This document shows, piece after piece, positions 1 to 10,137 of a stretch of 64,000 bases of DNA. The stretch is taken from assembly GCA_028704635.1 (NCBI GenBank), contig JAQWFB010000002.1, positions 64,693 through 128,692 of the forward strand, read 5' to 3'. Positions within the stretch are counted from its first letter, which is position 1; every line of letters begins with the position of its first letter. The DNA comes from Candidatus Shapirobacteria bacterium (GTDB lineage: Bacteria > Patescibacteriota > Microgenomatia > UBA12405). A program made the position numbers and the translations under genes. The notes beneath the pieces are model-generated. The model was not told the origin of the DNA, did not search any database, and saw only the letters and a list, made by a program, of their open reading frames with translations.

Positions 1-710
1 TCATTTTTTACCTGAGCGTAATCTCGTACTCGACGCAATAATCGATTAGCAATTCTTGGCGTTCCCCGTGATCTTTTAGCAATCGATTTAGCCGCCTCTG
101 GATCAATTTTTACTTTCAGAACTTCTCCCGTCCTTTCAATAATTTCTTTTAAATCCACATCATCATAAAAATCCAACTGCTGAACATAACCAAATCGATC
201 TCTCATTGGTCCTGAAATTAATCCAATTCTCGTTGTTGCCCCAACTAAGGTAAATTTTTGCAAATTAAGTCTAACCGTTTTTGCTGATGGTCCTTTACCT
301 AAAACAATATCCAACGCAAAATCTTCCATTGCCGAATACAACATTTCTTCCACTAATTTATTCAACCGATGAATTTCATCAATAAACAAAAAATCGCCTT
401 TTTTTAATCCTGTCAAAATCGAAGCCAAATCCCCTGCTCGCGTCAACGCCGGGCCAGAAGTCATTTTAATATTGCTCCCCATTTCTCTAGCCATCAAACA
501 AGCCAAAGTTGTTTTTCCTAATCCTGGTGGACCATAAAATAAAATATGATCTAACGCTTCATTTCGATTTTTGGCCGCATCCAAAAATATTTGTAATTGC
601 TGCTTTAATTTTTCCTGACCAATAAATTCCGCTAATTTTTGTGGTCTCAAACTTTTTTCCACCACTTTTTCATTAACTTCTGCTTTAGGATTTAAATTTT
701 TATCCGTCAT
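1..710 (-). CDS. ruvB: Holliday junction branch migration ATPase RuvB (3' end runs off the window; not in the ORF track)
   Basis: Translated by hand from ATG at 710: [32 protein letters not shown]...[16 protein letters not shown]...[10 protein letters not shown]. It overlaps the ruvA stop (ATGA). Confidence 0.97.
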   Translation of the reverse strand, partial: MTDKNLNPKAEVNEKVVEKSLRPQKLAEFIGQEKLKQQLQIFLDAAKNRNEALDHILFYGPPGLGKTTLACLMAREMGSNIKMTSGPALTRAGDLASILTGLKKGDFLFIDEIHRLNKLVEEMLYSAMEDFALDIVLGKGPSAKTVRLNLQKFTLVGATTRIGLISGPMRDRFGYVQQLDFYDDVDLKEIIERTGEVLKVKIDPEAAKSIAKRSRGTPRIANRLLRRVRDYAQVKN

Positions 711-1279
711 ATTTTACTTAAACACCATTCTAATTTTTCTTCAATTGTTTCCAAATCAGCCGGTAACTTGGCCACCACTTTTTCAATTTCCTTTCGATCA
801 AATCCTAACTGTTTCAAACTCAAACTCAAATCGTCATCCTTAATTTTTTCATCATCTTGAGTCAAATCTAATTCTCCTAAACCTCCAATTTTTGATTTCA
901 AATCAACAATTATTCTTTGGGCTCCTTTTTTACCAATACCTTTAACCTTTTCAAAAAATCTTACATCCGCCTCCCCAATTGCTTTAATTATTTCTCCACT
1001 TTCAGTCTGTCCCATTATTTGTGCCGCCGTTTTTGGCCCAACTCCAGATACTGAAATTAACATTTTAAATAAATTAACATCATCAACAGTTTCAAATCCA
1101 AACAAACTAATATCATTTTCTGAAACTGACTGGTAAGTATAAATTTTTAATTCTTCATCAACGTTTCTTCTCTTTAAAAAATTTTGCCCACACCACACTA
1201 AATAACCAATATCATAGACTTCAATCTCTATAAAATTATTACCAATACTAGAAATTTTTCCTTTCAAACTCGAAATCAT
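707..1279 (-). CDS. ruvA: Holliday junction branch migration protein RuvA
   Basis: N-terminal OB fold, HhH motifs [12 protein letters not shown] and [17 protein letters not shown]; lies between ruvC and ruvB. Confidence 0.96.
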   Translation of the reverse strand: MISSLKGKISSIGNNFIEIEVYDIGYLVWCGQNFLKRRNVDEELKIYTYQSVSENDISLFGFETVDDVNLFKMLISVSGVGPKTAAQIMGQTESGEIIKAIGEADVRFFEKVKGIGKKGAQRIIVDLKSKIGGLGELDLTQDDEKIKDDDLSLSLKQLGFDRKEIEKVVAKLPADLETIEEKLEWCLSKI

Positions 1280-1335
1280 AAACTCATTTTACACTAAACC
1301 AAACAAAACCCAAAGACTATCCAACCTCCCCCAAA

Positions 1336-1827
1336 CTACATCAAACCAGTTAAATCTTTATTAGTAAATAAATAAGTTAACGCCACTGCTACCGCATCCG
1401 AAGCATGACTTGGACTAATATTTTTTTCCAAACCCAAAAAATTTCTAACCATAATTTCCACCTGCTCTTTTTCTGCTCGGCCATAACCTACCAATGCCAT
1501 TTTCACCTGAAGCGGAGTATATCCCTCCACCTCGATTCCATTTCTTTGTCCACAAACTTTAATCACTCCAATTGCCTCAGCCACTTTAATTGCCGATTTA
1601 GCATTTTTGGCAAAAAATAAAGTTTCAATTGCCATCGCCTCCACTTTGTATTTTTTAATCAATCCTTCCAACTCACAATAAATTTGATCTAGCCGCAATG
1701 CCGAACTGTCACTAATTTTAGTTTTAAGGCATCCACACTCCACTAATGTCTTTTCGTCGCTTAACACCGCCCATCCCGTGTTGGCCAAGCCTGGATCAAT
1801 TCCTAAAATCATAGTTAATAATAGCAA
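1336..1827 (-). CDS. ruvC: Crossover junction endodeoxyribonuclease RuvC (likely start MILGIDPG at ~1812)
   Basis: ILGIDPGLANTGW, AIETLFF, VKMALVGYGRAEKEQV and SDAVAVA motifs. Confidence 0.96.
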   Translation of the reverse strand: MLLLTMILGIDPGLANTGWAVLSDEKTLVECGCLKTKISDSSALRLDQIYCELEGLIKKYKVEAMAIETLFFAKNAKSAIKVAEAIGVIKVCGQRNGIEVEGYTPLQVKMALVGYGRAEKEQVEIMVRNFLGLEKNISPSHASDAVAVALTYLFTNKDLTGLM

Positions 1828-1952
1828 ATCAAAGCTAAAATAACTCTACTAAACTTATAGGACACTTCCCAACTTACCCACTTATCCACATCAATAACCT
1901 ATATTTTTTTATTATTCCAAATTATTTATTTTATAAGATAAAAATCGTACCT

Positions 1953-1980
1953 GTAGGGGGCAGGCATGCCTGCCCCCTAC
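1953..1980. repeat. GTAG-type REP palindrome
   Basis: gtagggggcaggcatgcctgccccctac is a perfect 28-bp palindrome, same architecture as the copies near the RAYT gene. Confidence 0.85.
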
Positions 1981-2003
1981 TATTAAATTGGTATAATAAA
2001 CGC

Positions 2004-2789
2004 ATGGATATTCAACAAAACATTCCTCTCGCTCCTTATACTACCGTCAAAATCGGCGGCCCGGCTGATTTTTTTATTCATGTCCACAATTCCAAAGAAT
2101 TTATTGAAGCTCTCGAATATGGTCAAAAAAACAATTTACCTGTCACCATCCTTGGTAATGGTTCCAATGTTTTAATTTCTGACTCCGGCCTTCGAGGTCT
2201 TGTTATTAAAAATGATTCTGAAAAAATGGAAATTTTTGATGAAAATAAAATAAAAGTTTCATCTGGTACCCAACTCGCCCATTTAATTAATTACAGCCTC
2301 GATCATAACCTTTTAGGTTTAGAAGAATTCGCTTATATTCCTTCCACTGTTGGTGGTGCCGTTGCTGGCAACATTCACGGAATCCGCAGTCATTTTTCTG
2401 ATTATGTCGATTCAATCGAAAAATATAACGATTTTATAATTTCTGTAAATTTAAAATTAACTCCTGGCGATTCCACTCAAGCCAAAATTGAAGCTCAAGA
2501 AATTATTCAAAAAAAATCTCAAATTCAATCCATGCTTTCTTTGGGCTCAATTTTTAAAAATCCTGAGGGTAAGGATCCTGCTGGTATGATTATTGACCAA
2601 CAATTACATCTCAAAGGTTATTCCGTCGGCGATGCTCAAATTAGCCCAACTCACGGCAATTTTATCGTCAACACCGGACATGCCACTGCTAAAGATTATT
2701 TGGCTCTCATCAATCTAGTTCAATCTCAAATGCAAACTAAATTCGGTTTTCAGTTTGAACTTGAGATTAAACTACTTGGAGAATTTTGA
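2004..2789 (+). CDS. murB: UDP-N-acetylenolpyruvoylglucosamine reductase MurB (compact form)
   Basis: LAPYTTVKIGGPA, LGNGSNVLISD, GSIFKNP, HGNFIVN and C-terminal ELEIKLLG motifs. Confidence 0.92.
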   Translation: MDIQQNIPLAPYTTVKIGGPADFFIHVHNSKEFIEALEYGQKNNLPVTILGNGSNVLISDSGLRGLVIKNDSEKMEIFDENKIKVSSGTQLAHLINYSLDHNLLGLEEFAYIPSTVGGAVAGNIHGIRSHFSDYVDSIEKYNDFIISVNLKLTPGDSTQAKIEAQEIIQKKSQIQSMLSLGSIFKNPEGKDPAGMIIDQQLHLKGYSVGDAQISPTHGNFIVNTGHATAKDYLALINLVQSQMQTKFGFQFELEIKLLGEF

Positions 2790-2791
2790 CC

Positions 2792-2850
2792 AAAAAAAAA
2801 GGGCAAATATATATGTTCTTCGAATAATCGAAAAATATATACATTCACCC
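2792..2850 (-). terminator. Long hairpin followed by a U-run downstream of the 2879..3445 gene
   Basis: On the - strand, gggtgaatgtatatat...atatatatttgccc is followed by T9. Confidence 0.6.
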
Positions 2851-2878
2851 ATAAACAGGTTTTAAAAAAAGAGAGATT

Positions 2879-3445
2879 TTATTTGTTTTGATTCAAGCCC
2901 ATCAAGTACCAAGCTGCCGGATGAACAATCGTTTTTGCCGTATACTTCTTATTAAATTCACAAAAGTCACCATTTTCTCTTATCATACCCTTTTCTTCCT
3001 GGCCTTTAAAAACCATTGTTCTTTCTCCTGAAAAACCCGCATAAGGATTTCCCTTAAAATAAGAAAAACTTACCTTATAAAAAATTCTTTGTTCTTCATC
3101 AACTATGTAAGCCTGTTCCTTAAAATTAAAACCTGGACTCAAAAAACCATTATGAAAACCAAAATTTCCAGACAAAGGAACCAGATGATAATAGTCATCA
3201 GCCCCCATAACCACATTTATCCATGCCTCGGCCATAATCATCGAACCGTTGTCAAGAACAATCCCATTCCGATGGTCAGTCTTAAAAAGAAAATCTTTCA
3301 ACTCAGTATATTTTTGTACCTTCGGATCCCAAAAAACAGTTTTACAATCATTGCCACGATCAACTCGTAAATTTCTAATTTCTTCTGGGGTTAGGAAAGC
3401 AAAAATACTATCCGACTCTAATCTTCCTTTAAACTGCTCAAACAT
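2879..3445 (-). CDS. Hypothetical protein (188 aa)
   Basis: Long ORF with a GGGAG RBS upstream and its own terminator; no family recognised. Confidence 0.7.
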   Translation of the reverse strand: MFEQFKGRLESDSIFAFLTPEEIRNLRVDRGNDCKTVFWDPKVQKYTELKDFLFKTDHRNGIVLDNGSMIMAEAWINVVMGADDYYHLVPLSGNFGFHNGFLSPGFNFKEQAYIVDEEQRIFYKVSFSYFKGNPYAGFSGERTMVFKGQEEKGMIRENGDFCEFNKKYTAKTIVHPAAWYLMGLNQNK

Positions 3446-3530
3446 TTAAACAACTCCCTATCCTGTTATTAAAGTACTTATCACCGCTTTCGGCAATAGC
3501 ACCCACATTATATTCAAAATAAATTAAAAG

Positions 3531-4385
3531 TCAATTTTTGATTAACACTTTCCACATAAACTTCGGCAATTCTAACTGCCGCTTAAATCTCTTTGGTTCT
3601 TTAATTAAAGAGTATAGCCATTCCATTCCTATCTTCCTCCAAGCCAAAGGTGCTCTTTTTAAATCTCCACTATAATAATCAAAACTCCTCCCCACTCCAA
3701 TCACCACTCCAAAATCAGCTTTATTTCGATTATTACTAATCCATTCTTCCTGCTTTTTCATTCCATATGCCACAAATAAAATATCTGGTTTAAATTTGTT
3801 AATTTTTTCTAAAACTTTTTCATTGTTAAACTTCGGCTCTCCACTACAATAATCCATTTTTATCTTATCTTTCTCAAAATATTCCATCGTTCTTTTTGCT
3901 CTATCGCCAAACCCACCCAAGAAAAAAACTTTGTATCTTTTCTTCGCCGCTAATCGGCACAGCTCCGACATTAAATCCACCCCAGTAATTAAATTCTCTC
4001 TATGTTTACCCTTCAAAATCTCCCCACCGATTTTTATTGCATCCAAAAATTTAATAAATTTATTTACTTGATGAACTTTACAACTTGATAACTTAATAAA
4101 CTCATGTGCCCAAAGCAATCCTACTCCATCAACCACATTTAAATCTGTTTTTTCTAATAAACTTTTAAAATGATCATCCTTTGTACTTTTCATTACAAAC
4201 TCCGGATTAACCGTTGCAATCCACTTTTTTTTAGCTTTAGAAACAATCCAACCATCAATTATTTTTAGCACTCGATCCATATCACTGCCAAACAGACGAA
4301 TATCAAAGATTTCCCAGTCGTTTAGGCCAAAAACACCATCGTTTTTTTTATTTTTTTGCCCTCCAAAACCTTTCTTTAAGTCCAT
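3531..4385 (-). CDS. WecB/TagA/CpsF family glycosyltransferase
   Basis: ATVNPEFV, NVVDGVGL, ITGVDLM, PDILFVAYGMKKQEEWI, GVGRSFD, RAP..GMEWLY motifs. Confidence 0.9.
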   Translation of the reverse strand: MDLKKGFGGQKNKKNDGVFGLNDWEIFDIRLFGSDMDRVLKIIDGWIVSKAKKKWIATVNPEFVMKSTKDDHFKSLLEKTDLNVVDGVGLLWAHEFIKLSSCKVHQVNKFIKFLDAIKIGGEILKGKHRENLITGVDLMSELCRLAAKKRYKVFFLGGFGDRAKRTMEYFEKDKIKMDYCSGEPKFNNEKVLEKINKFKPDILFVAYGMKKQEEWISNNRNKADFGVVIGVGRSFDYYSGDLKRAPLAWRKIGMEWLYSLIKEPKRFKRQLELPKFMWKVLIKN

Positions 4386-4775
4386 TTTCTATTTTATAAG
4401 TCTTAATTTTTATTTAAAAACCTTATTGTCTAATTTTACCATTAAAAAAAATTAAAAAGTTCTAAAAATTGTTTAAAAATAACCAAAAAAATATCCTATA
4501 TTTATTTTTTAAACCATAATCAATATAACTATATCACCTTTCACCCCTTTTATTATTACAAGATATAAATTCCAAAAACATACTTTCCATTAATATTTAT
4601 TATTTAGAATAAATAATTTACTCATAAATTATCAAATAAAATAGGCAAAATATCAAAAAACAACAACTCATAGACTAAAAAACAAAACTATCACTTATAT
4701 TGATTAATATTAAAACACAAATTTACAATTTTCAATTATAAATAAATATATTACAAGATTAAAAAAACAAATACA

Positions 4776-5777
4776 TCACCTAATCGCTCTCTCGTATATA
4801 TCCAAATTTTCCACCGCAATTCCGGTCCCCTTAATTACGCAAAACTGTGGTTCCAATGCCACATGAGCCGACACTCCAATTTCTCTTGTTACTAATGTGC
4901 TCAAATTTTTTAACTGTGCTGACCCACCGCTTAAAACTATTCCTCTATCAATAATGTCTGCCACTAACTCTGGTGGAGTAATTTCTAAAGTATTTTTAAT
5001 CACTGTCAAGATTAAATCTAACACCGGTCTTATTGCTTCATAGACATCATCTGTACTAATTATCACATTTTTAGGTAAACCATAAATTGAATCTCTTCCA
5101 TTTATTTCCATTGTCTCCAACTTCTTTGGCTTAATTGCACTTCCTAGTTGAATTTTAATCGTCTCTGCAGTTTGATCACCTATCACCAAACTGTATTTTT
5201 TCTTTAAAAAATCCATTATTACTTTATCTAATTTATTTCCTCCTACTCTTACACTTTTATGAGTCACCACTCCCCCTAAAGCAATCACCGCCGCTTCTGC
5301 CGCCCCACCTCCAATATCTACAATCATATTTCCAAAAGCTTCCGCCACTGGGATTTTTGATCCAATCGCTGCCGCCAATGGTTCGTCAATCAAATGAGCC
5401 TTTCTCGCTCCAGCTGACAACATCGCATCTATCACCGCTCTTTGTTCAACTTGAGTCACCCCAGCCGGAACACATATCATCACCTCCGGACCAATAAACC
5501 AATTGTTTCCCATTACTTGTTTCATAAAATAGCGAAGCATTGCTTCGGTCACCTCATAATCAGCAATCACCCCATCTTCTAATGGTTGAATTACTTCAAT
5601 ATATTCTGGTGTTTTACCCAACATCTTCTTTGCCTCGTTTCCTACCGCTAAAACTTTTCTATCCTCAATTCCTACTGCTACAATTGTCGGTTCATTCAAT
5701 ACAATTCCTTTTCCCGCTTCCCACACCACCGAATTGGCCGTTCCCAAATCTATTGCCAATTTTTTAAACAAACTCAT
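4776..5777 (-). CDS. mreB: Rod shape-determining protein MreB
   Basis: AIDLGTAN, NEPTIVA, PLEDGVIADYE, IDEPLAAAIG, IVDIGGG and LSGGSA actin-like ATPase motifs. Confidence 0.96.
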   Translation of the reverse strand: MSLFKKLAIDLGTANSVVWEAGKGIVLNEPTIVAVGIEDRKVLAVGNEAKKMLGKTPEYIEVIQPLEDGVIADYEVTEAMLRYFMKQVMGNNWFIGPEVMICVPAGVTQVEQRAVIDAMLSAGARKAHLIDEPLAAAIGSKIPVAEAFGNMIVDIGGGAAEAAVIALGGVVTHKSVRVGGNKLDKVIMDFLKKKYSLVIGDQTAETIKIQLGSAIKPKKLETMEINGRDSIYGLPKNVIISTDDVYEAIRPVLDLILTVIKNTLEITPPELVADIIDRGIVLSGGSAQLKNLSTLVTREIGVSAHVALEPQFCVIKGTGIAVENLDIYERAIR

Positions 5778-5813
5778 ACACTAATTTTATCCTAATTACG
5801 ATATAATATAACC

Positions 5814-7013
5814 ATGTCAAAACCAAACAAAAGAAGCCTTTTAGTAATCTTTTTTGTCCTCATCTTTATCGTTGGAACTACCATCGGTATCACCTTTTTT
5901 GCTAAAGGTTATCAAATTTCCACTAAAGGCAAAGTTAGCTTTCTTGCCACCGGTATTATTTCTGCCACCTCCAAACCTAAAGGTGCTTCAGTCTATATTG
6001 ACGACCGTTTAATCACCGCCACTGACGATACTATTAATCTTCCACCCAATAACTACACTATAAAAATAGTAAAAGATGGATATCTTCCTTGGCAAAAAAA
6101 TATTCAAGTCAAAAAAGAAATTGTTTACCAAACCACCACTCAGCTTTTTCGATCTTCTCCTGATCTTAGACCAATTACCGTCGCCGGAGCCATTAATCCA
6201 ACAATCAGTCCAAATAATAGTCTTGTTGTTTTTTCTGTTGCCTCCGCTTCTGCCGCCAAAGATAATGGTCTTTATCTTCTCGAACTTAGCGATACCGCTT
6301 CCTTTTTATCTAAAAATTCAGCCAAACAATTAAGTTCTAATCTTCAAAATCTCGATTGGTCAAAATTTACTTTCACCTTTTCTCCAAACTCAAAACAAAT
6401 TTTAGCTTCTAACCCAACCAAAGGCGTCAATTTTTTAATCGATCTGTCAACTACCACTGATTATAAAAATCTATATGATGTCACTGCTAAATTATCTTTA
6501 ATAAAAGAAGATTGGAATCTTCAAGAGCAGGAAATTATTAAAACCAAAACTACTCTTCTACCTATTGAACTTCAACCGTTCGTATCCACCACTTCTGCTA
6601 AAACCATTATTTTTAATGAAGATGAAACTAAAGTTTTATACTTAGCCCAAGCCGATGGTAATCTTAAAAAAGATATTATTACTCCTCCTCCCGCTCAAAG
6701 TACTCAACCTCAATCCCGAGATATTAAAAAAGATAATTACTACGTTTATGATTTTAAAGACGATACTAATTTTTGGCTCGGATCAAAAGATCTTTACAAT
6801 CTAAATTGGATTGCTAATTCTAATAACCTTATTTTTATAGAAGACCAAAAAATTCAAACCATCGAATATGATAATACCAATAAACAAACTCTTTTTGCTG
6901 GCAACTTCAACAAAGATGCTGTGTATCCTTGGTTAGATGGCAGCAAGATCATCACTTTAATAGCACCATATAACAACGCTCAAGAGAATCTATACTCCAT
7001 TACTATTAAATAA
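5814..7013 (+). CDS. Membrane-anchored PEGA-domain protein with a probable beta-propeller
   Basis: N-terminal TM; PEGA-like SKPKGASVYID...YTIKIVKDGYLPW; repeated xSP-type propeller blades. Confidence 0.75.
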   Translation: MSKPNKRSLLVIFFVLIFIVGTTIGITFFAKGYQISTKGKVSFLATGIISATSKPKGASVYIDDRLITATDDTINLPPNNYTIKIVKDGYLPWQKNIQVKKEIVYQTTTQLFRSSPDLRPITVAGAINPTISPNNSLVVFSVASASAAKDNGLYLLELSDTASFLSKNSAKQLSSNLQNLDWSKFTFTFSPNSKQILASNPTKGVNFLIDLSTTTDYKNLYDVTAKLSLIKEDWNLQEQEIIKTKTTLLPIELQPFVSTTSAKTIIFNEDETKVLYLAQADGNLKKDIITPPPAQSTQPQSRDIKKDNYYVYDFKDDTNFWLGSKDLYNLNWIANSNNLIFIEDQKIQTIEYDNTNKQTLFAGNFNKDAVYPWLDGSKIITLIAPYNNAQENLYSITIK

Positions 7014-7507
7014 TGTTAGAGATAGAAAAAACCTATTTAGTTAAAAATATTCCTGACAATTTATCATCTTACAATTCAGAAAAAATTAAACAGGGTTATA
7101 TTTCCTCCACCCCATCCCCTTTAAGAATCAGACAAAAAGGTAATAAGTTCGAATTAACCAAAAAATTACCAGTAAAAGAAAATGATTATAGTGTCGCCGA
7201 AGAAATAAATATTCCCTTAACTGAATCTGAATTTAATAAATTATGGCCCACAGTCGAAAAATATTTAGAAAAAATCAGATATCAAATTCCCCTTAAAAAC
7301 AATTTAGTCGCCGAACTTGATTTATATCAAAACAATTTAAAAGGATTGGCCTTCGTTGAGGTTGAATTTGAATCAGAAACAGAGATGGAATCGTTTAAAC
7401 CACCATCTTGGTTTGGAAAAGATGTCACTCAAGAAGACTTTTCAGCCAATTCTTTTCTAGCAGGAAAAACTCTCACCGAAATCAAATCTTATATTAAAAT
7501 CAATTAA
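7013..7507 (+). CDS. CYTH domain (triphosphate tunnel metalloenzyme) protein
   Basis: EIEKTYLV (ExExK), IKQGY, LRIR, EVEF and P-WFGKDVT motifs. Confidence 0.88.
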   Translation: MLEIEKTYLVKNIPDNLSSYNSEKIKQGYISSTPSPLRIRQKGNKFELTKKLPVKENDYSVAEEINIPLTESEFNKLWPTVEKYLEKIRYQIPLKNNLVAELDLYQNNLKGLAFVEVEFESETEMESFKPPSWFGKDVTQEDFSANSFLAGKTLTEIKSYIKIN

Positions 7508-7719
7508 CGACCAATATAATTTGCATGTAAAACCTCTCTTTCTACCTCGGCATTTGGTAAAATCACATCTTCCTTTTGCACAGTTTCTCCTAAAACCTGA
7601 CTCCTAGAGACAACAGCTACATTCTGCCCCATTTCCACAAATCTCAAAACTGTCAAAGATAATACCGCCAAAACAAAACAAGCAACTAAAGTTCTTGCAT
7701 TTCTATCATTATCAGTCAT
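7504..7719 (-). CDS. Small membrane-anchored hypothetical protein
   Basis: 71-aa ORF with an N-terminal hydrophobic helix and a QVLG motif. Confidence 0.6.
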   Translation of the reverse strand: MTDNDRNARTLVACFVLAVLSLTVLRFVEMGQNVAVVSRSQVLGETVQKEDVILPNAEVEREVLHANYIGR

Positions 7720-7770
7720 ATCAAACAGTTTAAATACTTTTTATATTAGTGTCAAGCCTCAGGTGATTAT

Positions 7771-9153
7771 TTATTTTGTAAGATTAATAACACAATCACA
7801 ATTTTCAATTAATTCCTCTTTATTCTCTGCAATTAAAACAGTATTATTTTTATCAATAATTTTTTGAAATACCTTAACAAGAACTGGAAGATTACTAAGA
7901 TGAAGCCCTCTAGAAGGTATATCCAAGATATAGATACAACGATCGCCTAATTTTTTAGACAATATTTTTGCCAATCTTACTCTTTGAGACTCTCCCCCAC
8001 TTAAGGTTCCAGACTTCTGGCCTAAAGTTAAATACCCTAATCCCACTTCTTGAAGAAAACTTAATTTTCTTACCACCAAAGAAGAATCAGAAAACAAATT
8101 AATCGCTTGATCAATTGTCATTTCTAGAACATCAAAAATACTTTTTTCATTATACTGCACTTCCTTATTCATTTTTTTATTAAAACTAAAGTCGGCCTTA
8201 GTTAAACCAGCCTTTTTACTTTCAGGCAAACTAGCAAATAGATCCCTTATACTATCCCAAATCCCCAAATAAGTTGCCGGAGTGCTAGTAGAAATTGAAC
8301 TAAGTGAAGATTGATCTACTAAATATGAACGTCTAACATTTGTTTTTCCTTCAATTGATTTGAATCCTTGTTTTAGTTTCCAAGCACCTTTACCTTTAAA
8401 AAGTGCTCCATAAACCACTGAAAGTAATGCTGACTTGCCTGTTCCCATTTCTCCTGAAATACAAACCAAGCTACCCAAAGGAAATTCTAGATTAAAATCT
8501 TTTAAATTATATTTAGTTATTTCTTTTATGCTCAATTTTTTATTTTGCATAATCTTTGCTTTATCATTTGGACTTCTTCGATAATCAACTAAAGACGCTT
8601 TGTCAGAAAAAACATATTCCGAAGTAGTTGTCTTTGATTTTCTAAATTTCTCTATCGATCCTTTAAATATTATTTCTCCTCCCTTTGCTCCAGATTCAGG
8701 ACCAAATTCAATTATATAGTCTGAATTAATTATCACGTCTTTACTATGTTCAACAACAATTACTGAAATTCCTTTTTTAACAGTTTCTTTCAGAATACTT
8801 ATGATATTAATTCGATCAATTTTAGCCATGCCTGCACATGGTTCATCAACAATCAATAAATCTCCACTTTTTATTTCCCTTAGGATTTTATTTAGATTAT
8901 TAAGGTTGGTTTCTCCTAAACTACTATTTCCCATAGGTTTAACTTTTTGTGCAATTACGTATGTCTTCGGCAATTTACTAATTGTTGCCTTAGTATCATG
9001 ACCTCGGGAGGCTTCATACAAAACGTTATAAACTAAAGATGATTTACCACTACCACTTTTCCCAACCACGGCCACTAATTTCTCAAGCGGAATTTCAATA
9101 TTTACATTCTTTAGGTTATTGGCAAATGCGTTTTTGATTTCTATTTTACCCAC
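7771..9153 (-). CDS. Short UvrA-like tandem ABC ATPase
   Basis: NNLKNVNIEIP...GKSGSGKSSL; second NBD GEMGTGKS; VGLGYLTLGQ..TLSGGESQRVRLA; no Zn-finger cysteines. Confidence 0.8.
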   Translation of the reverse strand: MGKIEIKNAFANNLKNVNIEIPLEKLVAVVGKSGSGKSSLVYNVLYEASRGHDTKATISKLPKTYVIAQKVKPMGNSSLGETNLNNLNKILREIKSGDLLIVDEPCAGMAKIDRINIISILKETVKKGISVIVVEHSKDVIINSDYIIEFGPESGAKGGEIIFKGSIEKFRKSKTTTSEYVFSDKASLVDYRRSPNDKAKIMQNKKLSIKEITKYNLKDFNLEFPLGSLVCISGEMGTGKSALLSVVYGALFKGKGAWKLKQGFKSIEGKTNVRRSYLVDQSSLSSISTSTPATYLGIWDSIRDLFASLPESKKAGLTKADFSFNKKMNKEVQYNEKSIFDVLEMTIDQAINLFSDSSLVVRKLSFLQEVGLGYLTLGQKSGTLSGGESQRVRLAKILSKKLGDRCIYILDIPSRGLHLSNLPVLVKVFQKIIDKNNTVLIAENKEELIENCDCVINLTK

Positions 9154-9456
9154 TAATGGTTAGTATAACCCATTTGATAATCGTTTCCATCCCTTTTGTT
9201 TCACTTATTTTTCAAAAAAATTAATCGAATCAAATTTAATATTTTTTTAATCTTTTAAAAAAATGTTTATAACCATAAACATCGCCAAACAAAAATAATT
9301 CAACCTTTAGCAAAAACCATAAAGACTGCTAAATATTAAAAATACATTAAAAAAGATTAAAATCATTAAAACATCATTTTAAATAAAAAGTTATCTTTCC
9401 ATATCATTTTTGGTTTAAAACTTTATTTGAGATATAATACTCCTCAGACAGGCTTA

Positions 9457-9529
9457 CAGGGATTGGCGCAATTGGTAGCGTGCAGCGTTCGGGACGCTGA
9501 GGTTGCAGGTTCGAATCCTGTATCCCTGA
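9457..9529 (+). tRNA. tRNA-Pro (anticodon CGG)
   Basis: Cloverleaf CAGGGAT/ATCCCTG, anticodon arm CAGCG-TTCGGGA-CGCTG, T loop TTCGAAT; CCA not encoded. Confidence 0.93.
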
Positions 9530-9606
9530 CTTAAAATTTTTAATATCCTTCTTTTTTTTAAAAATGGATTTGAAATATTAGAAATTTAAAAAAAATTTTA
9601 AAACCA

Positions 9607-9678
9607 GTCCTCATAGTTCAATGGATAGAACGACCACCTCCTAAGTGGTAAATCCAAGTTCGATTCTTGGTGGGGATA
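9607..9678 (+). tRNA. tRNA-Arg (anticodon CCT)
   Basis: Acceptor GTCCTCA/TGGGGAT, anticodon arm ACCAC-CTCCTAA-GTGGT, T loop TTCGATT. Confidence 0.92.
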
Positions 9679-10137
9679 CAAATTTCAAAACATCCTCTCT
9701 TTTTGTCCCCTTTCACAGTGATTTACCGCATATTTCAAATATAAAAACTATCTTTCTCCGCATTATTTTTTTTGATTACCGCACTTTCTTTTGATTTTTT
9801 TCATTATTTTTTTCTCCGCAAAAAGATTTCTAAAAACTTATACCTAAAGATATCATTTACGATTAAAACCAAACATAATCTCCGTATTTTGATACATTAT
9901 AAGACTAAAAAACCTTTCCTCCTCTATTTTTTTTAAAAAAAATAGAAAATTTTAAAAAACCTTCAAAATAAATATATCAATTAAAATCAAATATTTTTCT
10001 TCCAAAATATTAAATTTTTCCGGTTCAAGCCCTTTTTTAAAAACAATTTTAAACACCACTTATTCCTAAAAATCCAGTAATTGTATTATGAAAAAACCCT
10101 TAGCAGACAAAAAATCAAATGCTAAATGTCATAACAA

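Noticed and set aside
1882-1890. TTATCCACA DnaA box as oriC
   Set aside because: Single copy, no dnaA nearby, and no visible change in strand skew.
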